Of a stretch of DNA of 26,440 nucleotides, positions 8,312-16,852 are shown piece by piece. Origin of the DNA: Longimicrobiales bacterium (GTDB lineage: Bacteria > Gemmatimonadota > Gemmatimonadetes > Longimicrobiales > Longimicrobiaceae); the NCBI GenBank assembly GCA_038233155.1, contig JBBSMO010000001.1, positions 1 through 26,440 of the forward strand. The letters are read 5' to 3'. The stretch's first letter is position 1. Every line of letters begins with the position of its first letter. The notes under the pieces were generated by a model that saw nothing but the letters and a program-made list of their open reading frames with translations, was not told the DNA's origin and did no database searches. The position numbers were made by a program, and so were the translations under genes.

Positions 8312-8680
8312 ATGACAGAGGAGAGCAGCGGCACGCGGGGCGGGAGCACTCGCCAGAAGGGCAGCATCGGAGAGGGGGTGCGCAGCGGCTTAGGTATTCT
8401 CACCGCCTTCAAGGAAGCCATCGAAGAGACGATTCAAGACGCGGTCGACAAAGGGGAGCTCAGCCCGGAACGGGCGCGCGACACGATGCGAACCGCGTCC
8501 CGGCGCGTTCAGGATGGGATCGAGGAGGCGCGCGAGCGGCTCGACCTGGTCCCGCGGCGGGATTTCGACCGGCTGCGGGAAGAGGTCGCCGAACTGCGGC
8601 GCCGGTTGGACGCACTCGAGCCCGCCCTCGCGTTGCCGCCACCACCCGGCGCTAGCCAAATCCCGATAGACGCGGAGTGA
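8312..8680 (+). CDS. Phasin-like (COG3937-type) small coiled-coil protein
   Basis: GGGAGAG before ATG; GLG...E.IEE....VDKGELSPERA and LDLVPRRDFDRLREEVAELRRRLDALE match my recollection of the family pattern. Confidence 0.55.
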   Translation: MTEESSGTRGGSTRQKGSIGEGVRSGLGILTAFKEAIEETIQDAVDKGELSPERARDTMRTASRRVQDGIEEARERLDLVPRRDFDRLREEVAELRRRLDALEPALALPPPPGASQIPIDAE

Positions 8681-8800
8681 GCGGAGTGAGCCGCGGCGCT
8701 TTGCATGCGGGTGGCGCCCGGTAGGGACCGGGCGGCAACCGGGGTAATCGGCAACAGGGACCTGAGAGACCGCCCGGTACGGGGCAGCTTCGGTTGAGGG

Positions 8801-8829
8801 TTGCACACCGTCGCCGCCACGCCTATATT
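8801..8829 (+). promoter_or_regulatory. Sigma70 promoter of the rimP-nusA-infB operon
   Basis: TTGCAC (8801-8806), 17 bp, TATATT (8824-8829). Confidence 0.75.
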
Positions 8830-8870
8830 CGGGGCGGAACTTGGCACCAAGGCGACTGCCTGCAGGCGCG

Positions 8871-8898
8871 AAGTGGGGATGAAGGCCCCACTTTTTTT
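8871..8898 (+). terminator. rimP leader attenuator/terminator hairpin
   Basis: AAGTGGGG (8871-8878), 7-nt loop, CCCCACTT (8886-8893), T run 8892-8898; lies between the promoter and the rimP start. Confidence 0.75.
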
Positions 8899-8917
8899 AT
8901 TCCCCGAGGTTTCGTTC

Positions 8918-9433
8918 GTGGCGGGTGAGATCTGGAATACCGCTGTCGCGGAGGAGATCGAACGGCGCGTCGGGCAGCTTGGGTTCGACCTCGTAGACCT
9001 CGAGCGTGCCGGCGACCGGCGCCGCCCTATTCTTCGGGTGTACGTAGACAAGGCGGATTCTGGGCCAGGAAGCGGGGTCAACCTGGACGAATGCGCCCGC
9101 ATCAGCAGGCACCTCGAAGAGCATTTGGATGCAGTGCCGGAGCTGAATGCCAGGTACGTGCTCGAAGTTTCCTCGCCAGGGATCGAGCGGCCGCTCGTGC
9201 GCCGCCGGGACTGGGAACGCTTCACCGGGGAAACGGTCTCGGTCAAGGGCAGGGAAGTGCTCGCCGGGAGCTCGCGCCGCTTGCAAGGGAAGCTGGCGGG
9301 CATCTCGGGAGAGGAGGGGGAAGAGCGGGTGAGTATCGAGCTGAAGGGCGGGGAAGTGGTAGAAGTTCCGCGGAGCGACATCAAGGAGGCCCATCTCGTT
9401 TTCGAATGGGACCGGCCGGCCCGTCGCTCCTGA
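8918..9433 (+). CDS. rimP: Ribosome maturation factor RimP
   Basis: GAGG then GTG at 8918; LRVYVDK, GVNLDECARISR, YVLEVSSPGIERPL; first gene of the nusA operon. Confidence 0.93.
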   Translation: MAGEIWNTAVAEEIERRVGQLGFDLVDLERAGDRRRPILRVYVDKADSGPGSGVNLDECARISRHLEEHLDAVPELNARYVLEVSSPGIERPLVRRRDWERFTGETVSVKGREVLAGSSRRLQGKLAGISGEEGEERVSIELKGGEVVEVPRSDIKEAHLVFEWDRPARRS

Positions 9434-9468
9434 CGGAAATCGAACCGAAGACGGATCAGCCTACAACT

Positions 9469-10953
9469 ATGAACAATGCCACTCAGGTGCTCGCGGCGTT
9501 CCGTGAGCTGACGCTGAACAAGAACGTCTCCGACGAGGAGGTCCAAGAGCTGATCAAGGACGGCATACTAGCCGCCCTCGCGAAGCGCTATGGCCCGACG
9601 GTCGAAGCGGAGATCGACATCAACGAGACCACCGGCAAGATCGACATCCTGGTGCTCAAGGAGGTCGTCGAAACCGTGGAAGATCCGGCGCGCGAGGTGT
9701 TGCTCGAAGAAGCCCGCTGGGACGACCCCGACTTCCAGGTTGGAGATCTGCAGGAGGTGCCAGTCGAATTCTCGCAATTCGGGCGCAACGCGGTGATGGC
9801 TGCGAAGCAACGTGTTCTGCAGCGGGTGCGCGAAGGCGAGCGGCAGAAGATTCTGGACGAATATTCGCACCGCGTCGGCGAACTCCTGTCAGGCGAGGTG
9901 CAACAGGTAGAGCGCGGCAAGCTGGTCGTGATGCTGAACCGCACCCGCGAGGCGGATGCGCTGATGCCATGGAAGGAGCAGAACCCGCGCGAGCGCTTCC
10001 GGCAGGGCGAGGCGATCCGTGCCGTGCTGAAGAAGGTGGAAGATTCGCCTCGCGGCCCCCGGCTGATCTTGTCGCGCGGCGACCCGCTCTTCGTAGCGGC
10101 TCTGTTCCGCCTCGAGGTGCCAGAGATCCAGCAGGGGATCGTCGAGATGAAGGCGGTGGCGCGGGAGGTGGGTGGCCGCACCAAGCTCGCGGTCAGCTCC
10201 CGCGACGAATCCATAGACCCGGTCGGTGCCTGCGTGGGTCTCAAGGGATCCCGGGTGCGCGCGGTGGTTCAGGAACTTGGCGGCGAACGAATCGACATCG
10301 TCCCCTGGCATCCCGACCCCGAAATTTTTGCCAAGCGTGCCTTGGCGCCTGCCCGCGTATCCAAGGTGCTGTCGGACTATGACACCCGGGTGATGACGGC
10401 GGTGGTCGATGAAGACCAGTTGTCGCTGGCGATTGGCCGCAGCGGACAGAACGTCCGCCTGGCGTCCCAGCTAGTCGGATGGGAGATCAACCTGTTCGGC
10501 TCGCGCGAGTGGCTCGAGCGGGGCGCGGAACACGCACTGTTCGGCGGCGGCGGCGGCGAGGAAGATTTCGAAGGTTCGGACTTCGCGATCCGCGAGCTTT
10601 CATTAGCCCCGGCGACTCTGGCGGCGCTCGAGGCCGCCGGGTATACTACCTTTTTTGATATCATAGACCTCGAACGCGAGGATCTGCTCCGCATCCCGGC
10701 CATCGGCCCGGAGGAAGCGGACGCCATTCTCGCGATGATCGACCAGCTCACAGTCGAGGAGGAGGACACCGCACCGGTTGCAGACGATGCGGGCGCCGGG
10801 GGCGAAGCAGCGCCGGCCGCCGGGGGCGCGGCTGCCACCGGCGAAGCAGAAGAAGAGGAAGGAGATGTGCAGGAAGGAGATGTCCAGGAAGGAGACATCA
10901 AGGAGCGGGAAGCTGCCGTGGCCGTAGAGGCGGGCGACGGCGCGGGAGCGTAG
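9469..10953 (+). CDS. nusA: Transcription termination/antitermination factor NusA with HhH-like domain and acidic tail
   Basis: ATG at 9469; FGRNAVMAAKQ, S1 region, LFRLEVPEIQQG, AREVGGRTKLAV, DPVGACVGLKGSRV, LSLAIGRSGQNVRLASQL. Confidence 0.96.
   Translation: MNNATQVLAAFRELTLNKNVSDEEVQELIKDGILAALAKRYGPTVEAEIDINETTGKIDILVLKEVVETVEDPAREVLLEEARWDDPDFQVGDLQEVPVEFSQFGRNAVMAAKQRVLQRVREGERQKILDEYSHRVGELLSGEVQQVERGKLVVMLNRTREADALMPWKEQNPRERFRQGEAIRAVLKKVEDSPRGPRLILSRGDPLFVAALFRLEVPEIQQGIVEMKAVAREVGGRTKLAVSSRDESIDPVGACVGLKGSRVRAVVQELGGERIDIVPWHPDPEIFAKRALAPARVSKVLSDYDTRVMTAVVDEDQLSLAIGRSGQNVRLASQLVGWEINLFGSREWLERGAEHALFGGGGGEEDFEGSDFAIRELSLAPATLAALEAAGYTTFFDIIDLEREDLLRIPAIGPEEADAILAMIDQLTVEEEDTAPVADDAGAGGEAAPAAGGAAATGEAEEEEGDVQEGDVQEGDIKEREAAVAVEAGDGAGA
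10858..10902 (+). repeat. Three tandem 15-bp units in the nusA 3' end (EGDVQ EGDVQ EGDIK)
   Basis: GAAGGAGATGTGCAG / GAAGGAGATGTCCAG / GAAGGAGACATCAAG. Confidence 0.85.
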
Positions 10954-10965
10954 ACGGCTGCCGCC

Positions 10966-11295
10966 ATGCTTCCGGGCTCGCGGATGCTAAACCTGCTCGG
11001 CCTCGCCGCGCGGGCGGGCCGGGTCGTAGCCGGTACCGATGCGGTGCGGCGCGCGCTCCGGCAGAATAGCGGTGTGGCTATCGTTCTGCTCGCGGGCGAC
11101 AGTTCGCCCACGCAGCAGGCCAAGTTGGTCCCGTTGTTGGAGGCGTTGGGCGTCTCCTATCACCGGGTGTCGGAGCGGGCCAGGTTGGGCGCAGCGATCG
11201 GCCGCGCCTCCGTCTCGGCGGTGGCCGTAACCGACCCGCAGTTCGCCGCCCAGATCGCGGCGCTGATTCGCAGCAACTCATTCGCGTTCGAGTAG
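10966..11295 (+). CDS. L7Ae/L30e/S12e-family RNA-binding protein (YlxQ-like)
   Basis: LLGLAARAGRVVAG...IVLLAGD...LGAAIGR..VSAVAVTD; typical position between nusA and infB. Alternative start ATG 10984. Confidence 0.88.
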   Translation: MLPGSRMLNLLGLAARAGRVVAGTDAVRRALRQNSGVAIVLLAGDSSPTQQAKLVPLLEALGVSYHRVSERARLGAAIGRASVSAVAVTDPQFAAQIAALIRSNSFAFE

Positions 11296-11317
11296 GGAAG
11301 AGGGAGAGGGCAACACT

Positions 11318-13975
11318 ATGCACGTGTACGAACTGGCGAAGGAATTCAGCGTCAGCTCTTCGGCTTTGGTCAAGTTGCTGCGCGAGATGGACGTGCCCGT
11401 CCGTAGCCACATGAGTGTGGTCACCGACGAGCATGTCGCACGCGTGCGCACTGCGATGGAGCGGGAGCGGCGACAGGGCCACGACGGCGCACAGGAGATG
11501 ATCGGGGCGGCCATCGAAGATGCCGCCTCGGCAGCGCCACGCCGCCGGCGCAGGCGCCGCGAGGCGGTCGAATCCGGGGATACTGCAGAGTCCGCACCGG
11601 ACGATTCGACCTCCTCGCCCGCTGCCGACGCCGCCGAAGCAATGGCTGCGGAGGCGGCCGAGGAAGCCGCTGGGCGCGGCGCCGATCTGGTAACCGAGGG
11701 TGGGGCAGAGCCCGAGGACGAAGAGGTAATCGTCGAGGCCGCCGCCCCGCCCGCGCCGCCGCCGCTGCCCGCCACCCCACCCGTGCCGCCGCGCACGACC
11801 CCCCGGCCAGCTACCCGCCGTGCCACGCCGCCGCCGCCGCGACGGGCGGCGGGTGGCGCAAAAACTAACGAACGCCCGCCGCGGCCGGCCCGCCCAGCGG
11901 CGACGGCGCCGACGCCGGTCCGCCGCAGCGGGGCGCCGCCACCAGCGTCGCCCGGCCGCAGCGACCGTTCACCCGTAGCGGCGAAAGCAGGGGGCGAGAG
12001 CCCCTCGCGCCGCAAGCGGAAGGACAAACAGAAGCGCAAGGGCTGGGTAGACCAAGACGCGGTCGAGGAAAACTTCAAGAAAACCATGGCCGCCATGGAA
12101 AGCACCGGCGGGGGCGGCCGCAGCCGCCGCCGGCGCAGCCGCGATGCTGGTCCTACAGTACAGGAAAGGCGCGAGGAGGAGCAGGAAAGGATCCGCGAGG
12201 AGGAGGCGACGGTCGTGCGGGTCAACGAGTTCCTCACCGTTGCCGAGCTCTCCGAGCTGATCGACGTTTCATCTACCCAGATCGTATCGTCGGCATTCAA
12301 GAACCTGGGGCTCATGGTCACGATCAACCAGCGGCTCGACTTCGACCAGATCGAATTGCTGCTGGACGAGTTCGGCTTCCGCGCCGTACGGGAAGAGGAA
12401 TACGCCGCCGAGTTGGCGGAGGAAGTCGTTGAAGACGCCCCGGAAGACCTCGAGACCCGCCCGCCGGTGGTTACCGTCATGGGGCATGTGGACCATGGCA
12501 AGACGTCGTTGCTCGACTACATCCGCAAGACCAATGTGATTGCGGGCGAGTCGGGCGGCATCACGCAGCACATCGGCGCCTACCACGTCGAGGTGGGCGA
12601 GGGGCGGGCAATCACCTTCCTCGATACGCCGGGCCACGCAGCGTTCACTGCGATGCGTGCTCGCGGCGCGGAGGTCACGGACGTTGTGATCCTCGTGGTC
12701 GCCGCGGACGACTCGGTCATGCCGCAGACCATCGAGGCCATCAGCCACGCCAAGAACGCCGGTGTCCCGCTGATCGTGGCGGTCAACAAGGTAGATCTGC
12801 CCGACGCGGACGCCATGCGCGTCAAGCAGGACCTGCTTCAGCACGAGGTGGTGCTCGAGGAGTTCGGCGGGCAGGTGATGTCGGCAGATGTCTCGGCTAA
12901 GCGGGGCACGGGGGTAGCCGATCTGCTCGAGAAGGTGCTGCTCCAGGCCGACGTGCTCGAGCTCACCGCCAACCCGAACCGTGAAGCCCACGGCGCGGTG
13001 ATCGAGGCGCAACTCGATGTCGGCAAGGGCCCGGTGGCCACCGTTCTCGTCACCAGCGGCACGCTGCGCGTAGGGGAAGATGTAGTCTGCGGGATGTACA
13101 GCGGTCGCATCCGGGCGATGCTGGACGAGCGCGGCAATGCCGTATCCGAAGCGGGACCGAGCGTTCCAGTTCAGATCCTCGGCTTGCCGGGCGTGCCGGG
13201 AGCCGGCGACCAACTGATCTCGATGACTGCCGAGCGCGCCGCCGAGATCGCGCAGACCCGGCAGCGGCTCGACCGCGAAAAGCGGATGCGCATCAAGAGC
13301 CGCGGTGTCAAGCTCACCGACATTTCGAAGATGCTGGCCAAGGGCGAGGTCACGTCGCTGCATCTGATCATCAAGGGCGATGTGGACGGCTCGGTACAGG
13401 CGCTCTCAGACGCACTCGAGCAGCTCTCGACCCCCGAGGTCCAGGTCCAGGTCGTACACCGCGGCGTAGGCGCCATCAACGAATCTGATGTGCTGCTCGC
13501 ATCGACCGCGGGCGCGATTGTGATCGGCTTCCACGTTCGCCCGACCGCCGAAGCGAGAGCGGTCGCGGAACGGGAGGATGTCGACGTCCGCCTCTACAGC
13601 ATCATCTACGAGGCGACCGAAGAAGTTCGCGCTGCCATGGAAGGGATGCTTTCCCCTGAAGAGCGCGAGGTTTTGCTGGGTACGGCCGAGGTGCGCCAGC
13701 TATTCAAGGTGCCGCGCACCGGCACTGTCGCCGGCTGCATGGTCACCGATGGCGAGATCGTGCGGCGGGGCAAGGTCCGCGTGGTGCGCGATGCGGTTCA
13801 GGTCTACGAAGGCGAACTCGGCAGCTTGAAGCGCTTCAAGGACGACGTCCGCGAGGTGCGCGAAGGGTTCGAGTGCGGCCTCAACGTCGCCAACTTCAAC
13901 GACATCAAAGTTGGCGACGTGATCGAGTGCTACCGCGTGGAAGAGGTCGCGCGCACTCTCTCGGCCGCCCGTTAG
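11318..13975 (+). CDS. infB: Translation initiation factor IF-2
   Basis: IF2_N VYELAKE; G-domain [27 protein letters not shown]; [23 protein letters not shown]. Confidence 0.97.
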   Translation: MHVYELAKEFSVSSSALVKLLREMDVPVRSHMSVVTDEHVARVRTAMERERRQGHDGAQEMIGAAIEDAASAAPRRRRRRREAVESGDTAESAPDDSTSSPAADAAEAMAAEAAEEAAGRGADLVTEGGAEPEDEEVIVEAAAPPAPPPLPATPPVPPRTTPRPATRRATPPPPRRAAGGAKTNERPPRPARPAATAPTPVRRSGAPPPASPGRSDRSPVAAKAGGESPSRRKRKDKQKRKGWVDQDAVEENFKKTMAAMESTGGGGRSRRRRSRDAGPTVQERREEEQERIREEEATVVRVNEFLTVAELSELIDVSSTQIVSSAFKNLGLMVTINQRLDFDQIELLLDEFGFRAVREEEYAAELAEEVVEDAPEDLETRPPVVTVMGHVDHGKTSLLDYIRKTNVIAGESGGITQHIGAYHVEVGEGRAITFLDTPGHAAFTAMRARGAEVTDVVILVVAADDSVMPQTIEAISHAKNAGVPLIVAVNKVDLPDADAMRVKQDLLQHEVVLEEFGGQVMSADVSAKRGTGVADLLEKVLLQADVLELTANPNREAHGAVIEAQLDVGKGPVATVLVTSGTLRVGEDVVCGMYSGRIRAMLDERGNAVSEAGPSVPVQILGLPGVPGAGDQLISMTAERAAEIAQTRQRLDREKRMRIKSRGVKLTDISKMLAKGEVTSLHLIIKGDVDGSVQALSDALEQLSTPEVQVQVVHRGVGAINESDVLLASTAGAIVIGFHVRPTAEARAVAEREDVDVRLYSIIYEATEEVRAAMEGMLSPEEREVLLGTAEVRQLFKVPRTGTVAGCMVTDGEIVRRGKVRVVRDAVQVYEGELGSLKRFKDDVREVREGFECGLNVANFNDIKVGDVIECYRVEEVARTLSAAR

Positions 13976-13995
13976 CGGCGAGACGGCGACCACCC

Positions 13996-14418
13996 ATGCC
14001 AAGTTTCCGGCGCACAGAACGGCTGAACGAGCAGTTGCGGCAGGAGATCTCGCTGCTCATCCGCGACGAGGTGCGGGACCCGAGGGTCGGGTTGGTCACG
14101 GTTACCGCCGTCGACACCTCGCCCGAGTTGGACCATGCCCGGGTCTTCATCAATTCGCTCGGTGATGAGGCCGAGAAAGAAGAAGCGGTAGCTGGCCTCA
14201 GCAGTGCCGCGCCCTTCATTCGCGGCGAGCTTGGCCGTCGCCTGCACCTGCGGCGCATTCCAGAGCTCCACTTCGAGGTGGACCGCGTATTAGAAGGTGC
14301 GGTGCGCATCGAGAGTCTGCTCCGCGAGGTGACGCCGGAGGGCGGCTGGGAGGAGGACGAGGAGGAAGACGACGACACCGCCCTTGGTGATTCCGGCCCC
14401 GCTACCCCGCCTGAATGA
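13996..14418 (+). CDS. rbfA: Ribosome-binding factor A with acidic C-terminal tail
   Basis: ATG at 13996; RTERLNEQLRQEIS, DPRVGLVTVT, LHLRRIPELHF. Confidence 0.95.
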   Translation: MPSFRRTERLNEQLRQEISLLIRDEVRDPRVGLVTVTAVDTSPELDHARVFINSLGDEAEKEEAVAGLSSAAPFIRGELGRRLHLRRIPELHFEVDRVLEGAVRIESLLREVTPEGGWEEDEEEDDDTALGDSGPATPPE

Positions 14419-14440
14419 GCACCCGGGCAGGCCCCGGCTG

Positions 14441-15361
14441 GTGACGCCGCTGCTCTCCCGCCTGCACGAGCGCGGCGGGGTGCTCCCGGTAGACAAACCC
14501 GCCGGCCCCACATCGCACGACATCGTGACAGCCGCCCGGCGGGCTCTGCGCCTGCGCCGCATCGGGCATACAGGAACGCTCGATCCCTTCGCCTCCGGGC
14601 TGCTCCTGCTCTGCCTGGGACCGGCCACCCGCCTCGCAGAATACCTGACCGGTCTCGACAAAACGTATCTGGCAACCATGCGGCTCGGCGAGCGCACCGA
14701 CACCGGGGACCTCACCGGCACCATCGTCGCGGCCTCAGAGGGTTGGCGCGACCTTTCCCGCCCCGCTGTTGAAGGCGCACTCGCGGCGCTGCGCGGAACC
14801 CAGCTCCAGAGCCCGCCGGTATTCTCCGCAAAAAAGATCCGCGGCAGGCGGTCCTACGAGCTGGCGCGACGCGGCGAAGCCGTCCATCCCGAACCGGTTG
14901 AAGTCACCGTTCACGCACTGGACCTGCTCGAGTGTGACCTGCCGCTGGTGCGGTTCCGGGTGCGCTGTTCGAGCGGCACCTACATTCGCGCCATCGCGCG
15001 CGACGCCGGAGAGGCATTGGGCACCGGCGCCCACCTCACCGAGTTGCGGCGGACGACCATCGGCACGCATTGGATCGAAGGTGCCGTTCCAGCCGCCGCA
15101 CTCGACGATACCGACGCGGTCGCGAAGGCGCTGCTCGCGCCGCTGGATGCACTGGCCCATCTGCCACGGGCCGGCTTGGAGCGCGCCGCGCTCTCCGACC
15201 TCTCGCACGGGCGGGCGGTTCCCGTGCCGCCGGGCCTCGGGCACGAGGCGATCGCAGCGGTGGCGGTTCACGACGCGCTGGGCGAACTGGTTGCGATCGC
15301 TTCGTCTGATGGCGAGATGTTGCGCCCCGCAAAGGTATTTCAACCTGCCCTCGGGGTATGA
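14441..15361 (+). CDS. truB: tRNA pseudouridine(55) synthase TruB
   Basis: VDKPAGPTSHD, GHTGTLDPFASG (catalytic Asp), PPVFSAKK, SSGTYIRAIARD. Start uncertain (GTG 14441 chosen; TTG 14384 and GTG 14387 lie inside rbfA). Confidence 0.93.
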   Translation: MTPLLSRLHERGGVLPVDKPAGPTSHDIVTAARRALRLRRIGHTGTLDPFASGLLLLCLGPATRLAEYLTGLDKTYLATMRLGERTDTGDLTGTIVAASEGWRDLSRPAVEGALAALRGTQLQSPPVFSAKKIRGRRSYELARRGEAVHPEPVEVTVHALDLLECDLPLVRFRVRCSSGTYIRAIARDAGEALGTGAHLTELRRTTIGTHWIEGAVPAAALDDTDAVAKALLAPLDALAHLPRAGLERAALSDLSHGRAVPVPPGLGHEAIAAVAVHDALGELVAIASSDGEMLRPAKVFQPALGV

Positions 15362-16347
15362 AGCCGCCGCCCAGCCTGTCGGGCTTTGCAATCGACCCCG
15401 CTCTGCCGTCTGCCATCCCGCGGCGCGGGCCCGGTTCGGTCGTGACCGTAGGTACCTTCGACGGGGTCCACATCGGGCACCGCGAGGTGCTCCGCGAGAT
15501 TGTCGCCCGCGCTGCGCGAACGGGGCGGCGCAGCGTCTTGGCGACTTTCCACCCGCACCCGCTGCGCATCGTCAGGCCGGACGATGCACCGCCCTTGCTC
15601 ACTACGCAGCGGGAGAAAAAGGAGATTCTCGCCGAGTCCGGGCTGCACTTCGCCGTGTTCGTCCCCTTCAACCGGACACTGCAGAACTACCCCGCACGCC
15701 GCTTCGTCGAAGAGATTCTGATCGGCAGACTGCGGATGGAGGAGCTCGTCATCGGCTACGATCACGGCTTCGGGCGTGGCCGCGAAGGCGATGTGGACAC
15801 CTTGCGCCAGCTTGGCCGCGAACTCGGCTTCAGCACGGATGTGGTCGGCGCTGTCACTCCAGCGAGCGCGGGCGAGCCGATCTCTTCCACCCGCATCCGC
15901 CGCGCGGTTTCCGCGGGCGATATGGAACTAGCCGCGCAGCAACTCGGGCGGCCATATTCCTTGCGCGGCATCGTGGTGCGCGGGGCGCAACGGGGCCGCA
16001 CCCTCGGCTTTCCCACCGCGAATCTGGCGCTGTCGGACTCCGACAAACTGCTTCCCGCCGAGGGGATCTACGCCGTACGCGGCCGTTGGAACGGCAACTG
16101 TCACCCCGGTGTGCTGCACCTGGGCCCGCTCCCGACGTTCGGCGGCTCGGAACGCACCATCGAACTCTTCCTGATCGACTTCAGCGGTGACCTGTATGGC
16201 CGGGAGGTGCAGGTGGATTTCTGCACGCGGCTGCGCAAGGTGCGCGGGTACTCCTCGGCGGAGCGGCTGGTCGAGCAGATGCACGCCGATGTAGCAGCGG
16301 CACGCAGCGCTCTCGCGGGCGGCAAGGCCGGTGGTGCTTGTGACTGA
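15358..16347 (+). CDS. ribF: Bifunctional riboflavin kinase / FMN adenylyltransferase
   Basis: GTFDGVHIGH, TFHPHP, GYDHGFG, ISSTRIR, GRTLGFPTAN, EGIYA; ATGA overlap with the truB stop. Confidence 0.95.
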   Translation: MKPPPSLSGFAIDPALPSAIPRRGPGSVVTVGTFDGVHIGHREVLREIVARAARTGRRSVLATFHPHPLRIVRPDDAPPLLTTQREKKEILAESGLHFAVFVPFNRTLQNYPARRFVEEILIGRLRMEELVIGYDHGFGRGREGDVDTLRQLGRELGFSTDVVGAVTPASAGEPISSTRIRRAVSAGDMELAAQQLGRPYSLRGIVVRGAQRGRTLGFPTANLALSDSDKLLPAEGIYAVRGRWNGNCHPGVLHLGPLPTFGGSERTIELFLIDFSGDLYGREVQVDFCTRLRKVRGYSSAERLVEQMHADVAAARSALAGGKAGGACD

Positions 16348-16366
16348 GATGAAAAGCTGTTAGCTT
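16338..16366 (+). promoter_or_regulatory. Sigma70-type promoter of rpsO
   Basis: TTGTGA (16338-16343), 17 bp, TAGCTT (16361-16366). Confidence 0.55.
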
Positions 16367-16370
16367 TTAA

Positions 16371-16457
16371 TGCTGTTCGCCGGTCATATCACCGGCGGGT
16401 ATGGCGTAGGGCGAGGACCCCGCTTCTTCATCAGCGCAGACTCTTGCGGAGGCAAGA
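16371..16457 (+). promoter_or_regulatory. Structured rpsO 5' leader, candidate S15 autoregulatory element
   Basis: CGCCGGT/ACCGGCG stem (16378-16397); bulged GCG-TA-GGG/CCC-CGC stem (16404-16423); TCTTGC/GCAAGA stem (16442-16457) with GGAG in the loop. Confidence 0.45.
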
Positions 16458-16465
16458 CAACCAAG

Positions 16466-16726
16466 ATGCCAATAGATCGCGAAACCATTATTCAGAAGTA
16501 TCAGGTGCACGAAACCGACCGGGGCTCTTCCCGCGTTCAAGTCGCCCTGCTCACCGCCCGGATCAACGACCTCACCGGTCACTTCCGCGAGCACAAGAAG
16601 GACCACCATTCGAGGCGCGGTTTGCTGAAGATGGTGGGCCAGCGGCGCCGGCTCCTAGACTATCTTCGTAGAACCGACCTCGAGCAATACCGCGAACTGA
16701 TTGCGGATCTCGGGCTCCGTCACTGA
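16466..16726 (+). CDS. rpsO: 30S ribosomal protein S15
   Basis: ATG at 16466; [19 protein letters not shown]...[25 protein letters not shown]. Confidence 0.97.
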   Translation: MPIDRETIIQKYQVHETDRGSSRVQVALLTARINDLTGHFREHKKDHHSRRGLLKMVGQRRRLLDYLRRTDLEQYRELIADLGLRH

Positions 16727-16734
16727 TCGATCGG

Positions 16735-16776
16735 GCGCACGCCGCGCGGAATCCCTCCGGCGGCGTTCGCATTTTT
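16735..16776 (+). terminator. Hairpin plus T tract between rpsO and pnp (terminator or processing stem)
   Basis: ACGCCGC(G)CGGA, loop ATCCC, TCCG-GCGGCGT, extendable by GCG/CGC, then ATTTTT. Confidence 0.55.
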
Positions 16777-16852
16777 CCGGATCGGGCGCATGCATGCCGG
16801 GAGCGCCCCGTCCAACCCGCGGCTCCCCGGCGCAAAAGTGAAAATACAAGCA

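Noticed and set aside
11590-12030. Pro/Arg/Ala-rich stretch in infB as an insertion or intein
   Set aside because: In frame, low complexity, in the normally variable IF-2 N-terminal linker; no intein motifs.
10954-13995. Absence of ylxR (DUF448) and DUF503 from the nusA-infB-rbfA operon
   Set aside because: These accessory genes are patchily distributed, so their absence is ordinary.
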